This document shows positions 11,695 through 23,432 of a DNA stretch of 64,000 nucleotides, piece by piece. The stretch is taken from the NCBI RefSeq assembly GCF_024521635.1, contig NW_026250416.1, positions 186,001 to 250,000 on the forward strand, written 5' to 3'. This stretch comes from Tricharina praecox (taxonomy: Eukaryota). The position numbers and the translations under genes were made by a program. Within the stretch, counting starts at the first letter, position 1. Each line of letters begins with the position of its first letter. The notes under the pieces are model-generated. The model searched no databases, had not been told where the DNA came from, and saw nothing but the letters and a program-made list of their open reading frames with translations.

Positions 11695-13899
11695 ATGGTC
11701 CAAGTTGGCACGTCTTCCACAAAACCTAACTGTGGTCTCCATGTCTAATAGTCATTCTCACGGATTATAGATCGCTCCGAGTAGTCCACCCACCTCCCTA
11801 CCCCCGTGTCTTCTTCTATTGGAGTCGGTCGCTGACCTTTGTGGTGATCGGCTCCAGCTCAGCTTCGCCCTTCTGGAGAAGGCCAGCGACAGCATCGTCG
11901 ACGTCACTACCAGATTCGAGGTTCGCAACCTGCCCGCTCTACTTTACCCCGCATCCTACATACCCTGGCCGCCGTGATTGACAGGAAGGAATCCGCTCCA
12001 GAAACCGCGAAACCCCAGCCAATAAGGTCGTGGGTGCATCCTATTCGCATGCCGACATACTAAAGCTCGAGTCGCTGTAGCTAAACCCTTCGCCGTTCCG
12101 TCGATTTTGCTAATTGTTTCAGTTCGATCCGACCAAACACTCCGCCGCCCCACCTTCAACCTCCACTGCCCGCCGCAGCTTACAATCCGGTTTCAGGTGC
12201 CGCGAGGAAGCCCGGGAAGCACTTCAATGAATTTATGTCACAGACGGATGATGATTGGGATACCGACTTGGCCGAGGAGACTACCGATGATATACTGTCT
12301 GGCAGGTTTCGGCCGCCCAAGTCAATCGAGTATCGTCCTCCAGTTGCTGCCGGTGGCCGGATGCACGGTAACGGCAGATCGGTCAGCGCCCATGAATCGC
12401 GCACCCCCTCGTACCCGAGTCCGAGGAGGAGGGATAGTCAGGGATTGAAGCCACAGTTCGAGGGCTTGGTTAGAGGTGTGTTTGCTATGCCCAATGCCGG
12501 ACAATATTACTTTTTCTTGTTCTGAATTTTCAAGCTGAAGTACATATTCATTGCCTCAAGACCCGGGAAACTCGCTGCACATGATATACCACCCTACGAT
12601 TTCCGCAGACCACACGCCGGCCGAGATAGAGCGACTGAACGCGCGGATATCCCGTATCAACAAGTTCAAGAAGATCCTCCAAGCCAGCACAGTCGACTTA
12701 CCGGAGCTCCGCAAACTCTCATGGAACGGCATCCCCGAGGAACTACGGCCGATGGCATGGCAGCTGCTACTCGGATACCTTCCCACGAACGCTGACAGAC
12801 GTGTAAGTGCACTAGAACGCAAGAGAAAGGAGTTCACGGATGGCGTGAAACAAGCATTCTCCCGAGGAACGGAGTCTCTCGATCAGACTATATGGCACCA
12901 GATATCGATTGACGTTCCGAGGACAAATCCCAAGCTCCCGCTATATGGATTTGAGGGTACGCAGAGGTCATTGGAACGGATTCTGTACGTTTGGGCCATC
13001 AGACATCCCGCAAGTGGGTACGTGCAAGGTATCAACGACTTGGTGACGCCGTTCTTCCAGGTGTTTCTGTCGTCCTACATAGGTAGGTCCCTCTTTCCAC
13101 CATCCATTCACCCTGCATACTAACGATTTCAGACGGCGACGTGGAAACGTTCGATCCGGGCACCCTCCCAAAAGACGTCTTGGACGTTGTCGAAGCCGAC
13201 TCGTTCTGGTGCCTAACCAAGCTTCTAGACGGAATCCAGGACAACTACATCCATACGCAGCCGGGCATCCAACGACAGGTGTCTGCACTCCGCGAGCTGG
13301 TATCGAGGATTGACGTGGGGCTCGCAGCACATCTGGCCGACAAGGGCGTCGAGTTCATACAGTTCAGCTTCCGTTGGATGAACTGTATGCTCATGAGAGA
13401 GCTCAGTGTTAAGAACACGATACGGATGTGGGATACGTACATGGCAAGCAACTCCATCCCGTAGGTACCTCTGGTGTCGTTGACTGACGGGTGTGGTGGG
13501 CTGTAGGCCGAAGGACCGTCCGGGTTTTCGGAGTTCCATCTTTATGTGTGCGCCGCGTTCTTGGTACACTGGTCGGAGCCACTGCAAAAGAGAGACTTCC
13601 AGGTACGTGTTCACCAGCCAGCCAGCCAGATCCCCACTGCCAAACCAGACCAGCATTAACTAACGCGTTGGTCCAGGAAACGATGATGTATTTACAGGCA
13701 CCCCCAACACAGGATTGGGGCGAGAAGGAGATGGAGATTCTCCTTAGTGAGGCGTACGCTTTGCCCCCTCTTCTCTTCCATGGATAGCTGAATTAACGCG
13801 ACTACTCATAGTTTCCTTTGGAAGAGTCTGTTCCACAATTCAGGGGCGCACCTCCGGCAGAACGCCGCGCCGCCTGGTGTACCGAACATCAATCTATAG
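11695..13899 (+). CDS. GYP1: Rab GTPase-activating protein Gyp1 (TBC domain)
   Basis: TBC motifs LRKLSWNGIP, QISIDVPRT, SGYVQGINDL, IQFSFRWMNCML. N-terminus MVQVDRSDSASPFWRRP assembled over several short introns. Stop TAG at 13897-13899. The 5' exons are less certain than the core. Confidence 0.9.
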
Positions 13900-14229
13900 C
13901 TTTTACCCACCTAATTACCACCCATCACCAATTTTACACATGCAATTATATTCGAGTGAGACATTGTGATGATAGGGAAATGAAAGTCAAAAAATCGACA
14001 AAGAACAAAGAATAAGGTAAAAGTCGCATCACCACCACGAAAGCTGTCGATACAAAGTAGGATTGACGAATTACAATGGGACATATTCATACTCCTACAC
14101 GTAACTGCGTAGCCTAAAGAGTTCACGAATGCGCCCTCCCTTCCTCCTCCCTCCTACAATAACACCTCCCCTCTAAACCACAATACCATCAGACAAAAAG
14201 TGGATCAAGTGCGGGCCTAAAGTAATAAC

Positions 14230-14990
14230 CTAGGCGGTTTTGTAAAGGAGAACAGCGAGGTTGCCGACATAGAAGTAGATGAAGTGCTTCGTCTCTGCAG
14301 TGGTGTCAGCATCTTTGAGTAGGATTGGGATTGGATTGGCTAAGAGGGAGAGGGTGTCCATACCATGAGTGACAAAGCTTCCGAAGTTACGACCGACGAT
14401 GCAGTGCCCTATTCACATTTCTTAGTCGACCTTTCACAGGGGAGCAGGGGAGATGCGAAGGTAAAGTACATGTGTTGCCGTATTGTTTGTCGAACTGTAG
14501 ATTCGCTCGTTAGTGATGAGCTACCCACCTACAGTAGGGATGGGGATCTGTGTGCTCACCTCCTTCTTTATCATCTGAGCAATATCCTGGACTTTGCTTT
14601 AGCGAGACGATTCGGTAGTGCGTCGATATATAGAGAGCTTCAAACCTTCTCCACGTTGTTCTCCTTCATGGCTTTCTTGGCTTTTGACATGCACCGTTAG
14701 TTTAACGCGTCCATGGAGGGGAGGATTGGAGGGGGAGGAAGGCGGCCGCGCTTACCAATGTCTTGAGCGTACATTTGCATCTCCTCCGACTATTTCCCCG
14801 GAGTTAGGAGCTGGGGTGGGAGAGCTTTACAGGTGGGGGGAGGTGTATATACCATGTCTACCGATTTGACGGTAGCTGTTTTGCGGAGGGTGAGTTAGCG
14901 AGTTGCTTCCGCTTCTAGTTCGCGGATGAGGGATTCCTCACTCTTGAAGTCATTGCCAGCTGCGGCAGTAGCTCCCTTGTCGCTCGACAT
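14230..14990 (-). CDS. DYN2: Dynein light chain LC8 (Dyn2/NudG)
   Basis: Absent from the ORF track. Eight small exons joined at GT-AG sites give MSSDKG...VKSVDMSEEMQ...[55 protein letters not shown], the LC8 signature. Confidence 0.95.
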
Positions 14991-15358
14991 TGTTGGCAAT
15001 GAAGACAAGAAGACGCGATGGAGGAGTTGGTTTTGTGTGGGGATTGAATTGGGCGATGAAGCTGTGCGAAGTCAGTGGGTGGGATCGCCGGATGGGATGA
15101 AAGGAGGAGAGTCGGGCTCGACCGTGTGTTATGGGTGGGAGTCTTTGTTTGTGTGTTGGTGATGAAAGGGGATGATGATGGGGGTGAAGGAGGTGGTGGG
15201 AGTTGTTTACGTGCGTTGGCTGGCTGTTGGTGGTGGTGGTCTTTCGCTCCCTCACGCTCGGTCTCTCTCGCTCTGTGCCTCTGCCTCGCTCACTCTTCCA
15301 TTCCCAGCCGCCCCTGGTTCTTAGGTCCCCTTCCCTGCCACCACTGTCGGAATGCAGA

Positions 15359-15468
15359 GTCACGTGATCGGCTCTTTCTTCCCCTCTTACATATTTCGAT
15401 CGGTAGCCACCCAGAGAAAGGCAAGACGCTACGCCGCTAAAAATTTGACCGCTCGAAAACTTTTCGGT
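15359..15468. promoter_or_regulatory. Divergent DYN2/MRD1 promoter with an E-box (GTCACGTG) and RRPE-like elements
   Basis: GTCACGTGA at about 15359-15367. AAAAATTTG and GAAAACTTTTC at about 15439-15465 resemble the ribosome-biogenesis RRPE motif upstream of MRD1. Confidence 0.4.
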
Positions 15469-15548
15469 TTAGCTACTCTTACTTAAAGAGTGCCTAATCT
15501 TCTCACCACGTTCTCTTCCCCTCTTCTTCTACAACCACAACCGTTCGA

Positions 15549-18533
15549 ATGTACGCAATTCCATTTTCTTCTTTTGCCCTCCTCCGTCTCCCATCAAGTC
15601 GCTCACACTCCACAGGTCTACAAGAATATTCGTCCGCGGGCTTCCCCCCACCTTCACCGACGCCGAGCTCCGCGCGCACTTTGCAAAGAAGAATGAAGTC
15701 ACAGATGCGCGCCTGATCCCACACCGCCGGATAGGCTACATCGGCTTCAAGACGCCCGAGGATGCGCAGGCTGCTGTCAAATACTTTAACAAGACGTACA
15801 TTCGTACGTCGAAGATTGGGGTTGAGATCGCAAAGACTGTTAGACCCGCTCATGCCCCCCGCCTAGTAGATTAAAAAGGCTAATTACAATTTCAGGTAGC
15901 AGAAACCCGCGAGTCAAGACCCAGTGAGGCACAACATCAACATGATCCAAGAAAACGACAAAAACTTTCTGGATCGACTGCCACCACTACTACACAGTCT
16001 GAGGATGGCAATGGCCTGAAACGGAAACATGACGGCAAACCGGATGGTGCCTCCCCACCTAACAAGAAACTTCAGGAGTACTTGGACGTCTATGCTCCTG
16101 GTTCTAAATCTAACACCTGGGGCAACGCCAATCATGACTCTGCCACTGTCCCCATCGCAGATGCGGGTGAGGATGATGATGAATATGTCGAGCTTCCAGC
16201 GCTCAAGAAGACAGTCGGCGCGGAATCCGTAACGGAACCAAAAATACCGGTGGCTATAATGAGGATTGAGGATGCGAATGATGCTGTTGTCCAGACCGAT
16301 GAAGACCAAGCAACTGGTCCGGTGTCAGATGCTGATTGGCTCAGGAGCAAGACCAGTCGTCTGTTGGATCTGACGGATGATGTCTCCTCCCGCTTGACTA
16401 TGGCTGACTCCAAGCCTTCCGCCCCCACCATTCCCCAGGTTGCTCGTCCGTCGGCTACCAACATTCCCGCACAGGCACAGGAGGATGTTACCATGGCTGA
16501 AATGGAACCAGAACAGTCAAAGTCGGAATATGAGGAGGCCATCGAAAAGATCGCCAGCACCGGGAGATTGTTCGTCCGTAATCTGTCCTACAATACCACC
16601 GAGGAAGATTTACGACAACATTTCTCTCGTTTCGGAGAGTTGGAAGAGGTATGCACATCCTATTCTCTTTGCTCCTGCATGCCCCGTCTCCCCCGCAATC
16701 CAGTCGTTTTTCGTGATGAAAGAACATATAGGGACATCTTATATATTCGTATACATGATTACCCTTTCAGGAATCCAGATAGTAGAATCTCTGACAAACA
16801 CAACTGTTTTGAATTTTTGCCGCTTTTGCACCGTTATCATGTTTGGATCAAGATGCTAACGAGTGCCACTGCAGGTTCATCTTCCGATTGATAACAAGAC
16901 GCAAGCCAGTAAAGGTTTTGTATACGTGCTATTCAAGAAGCCCGCGGACGCGGTGGATGCTTTCAAAGAGTTGGATCAGACGGAGCTCCAGGGACGGCTA
17001 CTACATATCATTGCCGCATCCCCCAAGCGGGAAACCAAACTGGATGAATATGCCATCTCCAAACTACCCTTAAAAAAACAACGCGAGTTGAAGCGGAAGG
17101 CGAACGCTGCGACCAGCCAGTTTAGTTGGAACTCTCTATATATGAATGTAATAAATCGTCTTCTGTCTACTTTGCTGCTGCGAACCAATCGTGTGTGCGC
17201 CCTGTCTGCTCTCCAGTGCTAATACACCGGTGCACCGTAGGCCGACGCCGTCATCTCCTCGGTGGCCCATAAACTGGGCGTGTCCAAGGCAGACCTTCTT
17301 GATCCCACATCCTCCTCTGCCGCTGTGAAGCAAGCCCACGCCGAAACACACATCATCCAAGAGACGAAAGCCTACTTCACCAATAATGGTATCGACGTTG
17401 CCGCCTTCTCTCGCACGGAGCGCGACGACCGCATCGTCCTGGTCAAGAACTTCCCCTTCGGCACCAAAGCCGATGAGCTCCGGAAGCTCCTGGGCGACTT
17501 CGGCGAGCTGCGGCAGCTGCTCATGCCCCCTGCCGGCACCATCGCCATCGCCGAGTTCCAGGCTGCGCCTGCGGCCAGAGCTGCATTTTCAGCACTCAGC
17601 TACAGAAGGTTCAAAGACGGAGTCCTCTTTCTCGAGAAAGGACCGCGCGGATTGTTTACCGGTACTGTCACGGCCACTTCCACCGCCGTTCCCACCGACA
17701 CAGGCGTCGACGCGAAGCCCTCTGCTGGCGACCTCAAGACATCCACCGCCGCCGCCACCGACGACGACGTTACCACGCTGTTCATCCGCAACCTCAGCTT
17801 CACCACGTCCGCAGCCGCCTTCTCCACCGCCTTCTCCGCGCTCCCGGGCTTCCTCTGGGCCCGCGTTAAGACCAAGACCGATCCCAAGAAGCCCGGGCAG
17901 ACACTGTCCATGGGCTTTGGCTTTGTCGGCTTCGACACGCCGGCGCATGCGCGCGCCGCACTGGAAGTCATGGACGGGAAGAATCTGGACGGCCACAGGC
18001 TGGCGGTGAAGATTGCGCACCGCGGCGCGGACCAGGAGAAGGAGGGCGGCAAGAAGGCGGCCGGAACTAAGAAGGACGAGGAGAATAAGACTAAGATCAT
18101 CATCAAGAACTTGCCCTTTGAGGTTACCAAGGCGGACGTTCGCTCGTTGTTCGGGTATTTATCCCTTCTCTCTCCACCACCCCCACCACTACCTACTAAC
18201 AATATCCCGTGTAGCAAATATGGCACCCTCCGCACCCTGCGCATGCCAAAGAAACTTGGCAACCGCACCCGCGGCTTCGCGTTTGCGGAGTTCGTCACGG
18301 CCCGGGAGGCGGGTAATGCAATGGAGGCGCTCAAGGATACGCATTTGCTGGGCCGCCGGCTGGTGCTGGACTACGCGCAGACGGACGCCAACGATGCCGA
18401 GGAGGAGATCGAGCGCATGACGAAGAAGGCGGGCGCTCAGAGCGAGATGGTGGAGTTGCACAGGCTCCGCGAGAAGAGCAAGGCCAAGGTTGTGCTCGAC
18501 GAGAGTGGCGCTGTGGATGATATGATGGATTGA
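15549..18533 (+). CDS. MRD1: Multiple-RRM pre-rRNA processing protein Mrd1/RBM19
   Basis: Five RRMs (RIFVRGLP, RLFVRNLSY, IVLVKNFPF, TLFIRNLSF, KIIIKNLPF) and the SWNSLYMN-ADAV motif. Introns at 15551-15615, 15839-15895, 16649-16874, 17148-17240 and about 18155-18214. Confidence 0.93.
16706..16799 (+). ncRNA. Intronic box C/D snoRNA, snR64/SNORD74-like (25S rRNA 2'-O-methyl guide)
   Basis: Lies in MRD1 intron 16649-16874. Box C GTGATGA (16713-19), guide ATAGGGACA (16728-36), D'-like CTTA, C'-like ATGATTA (16755-61), box D CTGA (16791-94), short GTTT/AAAC terminal stem. The guide is complementary to the conserved LSU rRNA segment UGUCCCUAU. Confidence 0.8.
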
Positions 18534-18850
18534 GTACTCTACCTAGGTAATTTTCAACGGGGGAGGAGGAGGCGGATGGTAAAAGTTACGGCTTGCTTGC
18601 TTGTTTGGGGGTTCGGCGTTTTCGTTTCGTTTCGTGTCTTTGGTTGGCTTGGATGGATGGGACGAATTGTGGTTTACTTTGTGTTCTTTACTCTTCACGG
18701 AACCAATTGAGCAATGAATGCCATTCCTTTCGAATCCAATTCCATTCGGTTGGTTCCCCCGATCGGTCTGATGTGATGATGATAAACCGCTATGTAGCTT
18801 TTGCCAGCAATCGTGATAGGTACTTGAATATCCTCAAGCTTCTCCATCAT

Positions 18851-19602
18851 CTAGATCTTCTTTGCAGCCAAATACACATTAAGGATGCCGACGATCTTCT
18901 CAAGCGCAGCAAGCCACTCCTTCATCTTGGTCTCGACGGCAGCCTGGTCATCACCCAGCTTCTTGTAGAAGTCGGCACGGTAGGGGCACGCCTTCATGGC
19001 GACGCTGAAGATGCCGCGCACAATCATGTTGTGGTGCTTCTTGAGCGAGTCGTTGTACGAGCTCGTGAATGACGCCGTCAACTCCTCGTTGGAATCGACG
19101 TTTTTGCGGAGTGCGAGGGAGGTGAACTCAAGGCCTCTGGAAAAGATGAGTATTAGTATTAGTAGGAAGGAACAAGAGGGACGGAGGACGACGAACCGGT
19201 TCAGCCACAGCAGCCCCTCGGCGGCAGTGGGGTCGCTGTCGGCGATTTCTTGGAGGGTTCCGGAGGTGGCAGGGTGGGCGAGCTGTGCGTCGCGGATTTT
19301 CTGTCCCAACAATGTCAGCGGATAATTCGAGCATCTGTCCTCCTGTCGGACAATCCACACTACGAACCTTGATGTTGCCAGTCATGTCCCTCTGCACGGG
19401 CACGAACGCAGTGGAGCCGAGGACATCTGTCGTTCCGTCATTTGTGTTAGCTGGATGGATGTGTGATAGATTGGCACGAGGACGGACCGAAAAGCTGCAC
19501 GACACTCTCGGAAGCTTCCAGGAATTCGGTAGTGGAGACCTTGTCGTCAACGACGGGGACGTCCTTGAAGTTGCGCTTGCAGGTGTCGAAGAAGGTGGAC
19601 AT
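18851..19602 (-). CDS. Glycolipid transfer protein (GLTP / HET-C2 family)
   Basis: Spliced MSTFFDTCKRNFKDVP...TTEFLEASE...FDVLGSTAFVPVQRDMTGNIKKIR...AAEGLLWLNRGLEF...LKKHHNMIVRGIFSVAMKACPYRADFY, which carries the GLTP motifs. Confidence 0.92.
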
Positions 19603-20048
19603 GATTGCTGTTGATGAGATTGATTGATTGATTTGATGTAGGTGGTGGGTAGAAGGAGAACTTGTTGTGATGGAAAGTGGAAGTGGATGGGAAGCTCAGG
19701 GTAGCAGTTTAAGTGCTGTTGGTGAAGATTGAGGGCCGCCCTCCTGCGGCCCACTCTGCACAGACCTTCCCGTAGAGACCCCGCTATGCACGAGCCCTCC
19801 ACGCCAAGGGTCGGATGAACGGCACTAACCGGATGCGGGGGAGGGCTACGACGACGATGAACTAGGCAGAATACGGGGTGCACAGCAACAACGCATCGCC
19901 GCCAGAACAGCGGAGCGAGCGGATGCGGGGTGAATGCAAGGCGGGCATGGTGGAAATACGACGAGCCAGTAAGATGGAGGAAAAAGAACGTGTGGTATTT
20001 CAATGGGCCGGATGGATCGAACGAGTGTACCGGTACATATGCCCACGA

Positions 20049-21872
20049 TCAACCCACCACTACGGAATACCGCATCCTAGCACCAAAGTAATGGTCCATC
20101 CTATGCGACACCCTGACGCCAACAGCATTGGCAGCTTCGATCGCATCGCGGCCCACGTTGATACAGTAGTCCAACCCCAGCCATTCGAGTTGACTGCCCT
20201 CACGGTACACCAAATTGGCGACACCGATGCCCGTAATCATGGTGTGCGCAATATCCAGTCTCTTGAGCTTCTTCAGTCTCCCAAGTTCGCGTGTGACCTC
20301 GTCACGAAACGAGGGATTGCCCGCCAACGAGAGGTACTCGAGCGAGTCGCCGTGGCCGGCGTCGAGGAGCCAGTCCATGGAATCGGCATTGATCCGCGGA
20401 CACATACTGAGGTCAAGAGAACGCAACGAGGTGGTCGCCGAGAGTAGCATCAGAAGCATGGCATTGTTGATCTTGCTTGATTCAGGAAGACCAAGTGATT
20501 CCAGCGATGGGAGGGCCTTCACATCGGGGTGATCCATGTTGAGAGTTTCCACCCGGATATCCAAGTGTAGGAGAGAATCCGGAACCTTAGGGAACCAGTG
20601 CACGGTCAAGTCCCGTAAAACCAGCTTTTCCAACCTGCGCAGTTCTCTGAAATCAGCTGGTTCGTGCCCTGAGTCTATCCTCCTGCAACAAAGGTTGAGT
20701 TCACGGAGCTCGGGGAAGTCCTTTATCACCTATACAGTCACCCGTCAATGGAGGGACTCCTCGGGAGGAAGGGTATGTACTAACAATTCTCCCTCCAGAC
20801 ATTTTGGGTTGATCCCACGTGAGAACCAGCTTCTTGAGTTTCAGTCCCCCTCCAATCTCGAGATCCGCAGCACTCAATCTCCCCAATCGGTGGCACTTCA
20901 ACACCTCCAAATTCTTTGCTGTCGCAATGAGATCAAGCGCACTCTCCGAGCTCATCTGGCAGTGCAGATTGAGCACCGCCAAATTATCTCTCTGCAACAG
21001 CCGTATGTAACCGTCGGGAAGGAAATCTGTAGACATGACGGAGAGCTCTGACAGCTTCTTGGATTTTGTCACAATCATCGCGAGCATCGATGGATGGAAC
21101 TTTTCCAGCATGACCTTAGTAGTGCGGCCTCGTGCGCGCTGAAGATAGGCCATGACCGTCACTTTCGGGACTGGCTTCTTGACGCCCGTGAAGTCGAGCG
21201 TGGCGTAGCTCCGATGATATTCGCTGAGGAACCTTCGCCAGCCACGACTGACACACTGAAGCAGCCTGTGACGTATCCTCCCATTAGCCCTCGTCTCTCT
21301 CCGTTGACGGAAGTGCGCAATGAAAACCCACATCAAAGTCCGAAATGGTAGACCTCTGAAGACCATATCCACAATCTCAACTGGCAGGACACTCAGCGGA
21401 TCCCTCGCCTTCTCCTTCTCCCTAAAAGCTTTCGCCCTCGCCTGTACTTTCTCATACATTCCCTCAAGCAACCGTCGCCCCTCCACATCCTCATCTGCAA
21501 TAAGTCCAAGCCCGTACTCATACGTCGCCGCGGCAACATGGAAGTTTTCCATGAGTTGGAGGATCTTCCCCGCACGGAGGTAGCCGCGGACGGAGGTACG
21601 TGATACGCGCATCATTCGGCGCGCATCTTTCAGCGCAGAGAGGTAGTGCTCGTCTCCGAGTTTTTCGAGCGTCGCAGCCCGGTTATCAAGGATGCTGCAT
21701 TGGTCGTCTGGGGAGGTGGCGGCTTTGAGGGCCTGTGTTGTGTTAGTAAGCTACTTCCTATTAGATGTAAGAGAGGAGAAGGAACCCTGGTGAAATATTC
21801 ATGTGCGATGGAATACTGGCCATCTGCGTATGCCTTTCGTCCCTGGCGTTGATTTTCTTGCGCGGTGGACAT
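20049..21872 (-). CDS. TPR + F-box + leucine-rich-repeat protein (Pof3/Dia2-like SCF substrate receptor)
   Basis: N-terminal TPRs (GYLRAGKILQL...ATYEYGL), F-box (DPLSVLPVEIVDMVFRGL...VSRGWRRFL) and C-terminal LRRs (LRSLDLSMCPRI, LEYLSLAGN, LKRLDIAHTMITG). Three introns. Confidence 0.85.
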
Positions 21873-22120
21873 GGTGCTGTGAGTGTAGAGTATGGATGAG
21901 TGACGGAGGACGCGATGAAAGCTACTCTATGTATGGAGTACGCGCTTGATTAATCAGTGATTAAGAATAGACACGGCGGCATGTGCAACGGCCAACCGCT
22001 CACCTCGCCCCACAACGAAGCTTATCGACATCATCTACAACTCTTCCGAACACTTCAACTGTACACTCTCCAGACCACAAACCAGCACACACCTTCCACC
22101 TCCTACAGCTACAGCCCACC

Positions 22121-22853
22121 ATGAAGCTCTACTACATCGGCGTACGTCTCCCTTCGTCCCCTCACCCCGCCCCCCTCTCCACCCCTCCCCTTTCGCCCCT
22201 CCGAACTAACACCTACAGATCATCCGCAACGACCCCAAGCCCGCGCACGAGCTCGTCTCGGTCACAGAGCTGAGCTCCTTCAGCTTCTTCCAGCGCTCGA
22301 CGGTCAGCGAGTTTCTGTCGATGTTCGCGGGCACGGTAGCCGAGCGCATCGCCCCCGGTGCGCGTCAAGACATCGAGGAGCAAAGCTACACGTTCCATGT
22401 ATACGGGCGATCGGAGGGGCTAGCTGGCGTGTGCATCAGCGACCACGAGTATCCCAAGCTGGTGGCGCACAAGCTCCTCTCGCAGATCGTCGACGAGTTT
22501 CTGACTGCGAACCCGCGCCCAAAATGGGCTGCTGGGACGGCGAAGGTCGAGATGCCGCAGCTGGGAGGTTACATTCAGAAGTATCAGGATCCCAAGCAGG
22601 CCGATAGCATCTTGAAGATCCAGCAGGAGCTTGATGAGACCAAGATTGTGCTGCATAAGACGATCGAGAGTGTTCTGGAGCGCGGCGAGAAGCTGGATTC
22701 CCTCGTCGAGAGGAGCAACCAGCTCAGTGGGAGCAGTAAGCAGTTTTACACGCAGGTGAGTATTGTCCGGGTGGATGTACGGGTTCTCGTGGGAGTACGA
22801 GGGCTGACGAAATACAGGCCAAGAAACAGAACTCCTGCTGTGTGCTGATGTAA
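22121..22853 (+). CDS. YKT6: Prenylated R-SNARE Ykt6
   Basis: MKLYYIG, longin domain, SNARE motif IQQELDETKIVLHKTIESVLERGEKLD and C-terminal KKQNSCCVLM* (CaaX). Two introns. Confidence 0.96.
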
Positions 22854-23432
22854 ATTTCATTGGTACATGTGCTTGCATCTGCGTGTCGTTTACTTGCTAT
22901 TGAAATGATCTTTTTTTTGCTGGCGGAAAGAGGCAGGGAGGGAGGGAGACCAACGACGATAGAACGGTAATGCGATGACAGATGAAATGTGATACTTTTC
23001 CTACATAACTTTACCTGCCAGCTGTAGATATTTTAAGCGCAAGTGCACGGTGACGATTATTATGTCTCGATCACCTCGCGTCGCTCCCGCAAAGTATGGT
23101 GCCGCCTAGACTTCTGTGTAGAGAAAGCAAAGGGTCTAACTATGACGCCTCGGCCCTCGTGCGAGCGAGTGGAGAAGCTTAATCGACCCGAGCCCATGTG
23201 ACTCAACTTACATTACGTTGTGGCTACGGCAGCACAGAGTGACAATCCATCCATCCCATCCATGTCCTCCGCGCCCACTGCAGCTGAACCTGTAACCCCA
23301 CCCCGCCCACACTCCACACCACACCCACTCTACATACTCTGCACACACTGCACACTACTCGAACCTCAACAAATAGTCCCTCTCTTCCATGTCATCTTAC
23401 CAAATCGACGCCGGAATAAGTCATTACGAGTA

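Noticed and set aside
18851..19602. HET-C2/GLTP as evidence for an allorecognition locus
   Set aside because: No NLR, HET-domain or gasdermin gene nearby. GLTP is a conserved housekeeping gene.
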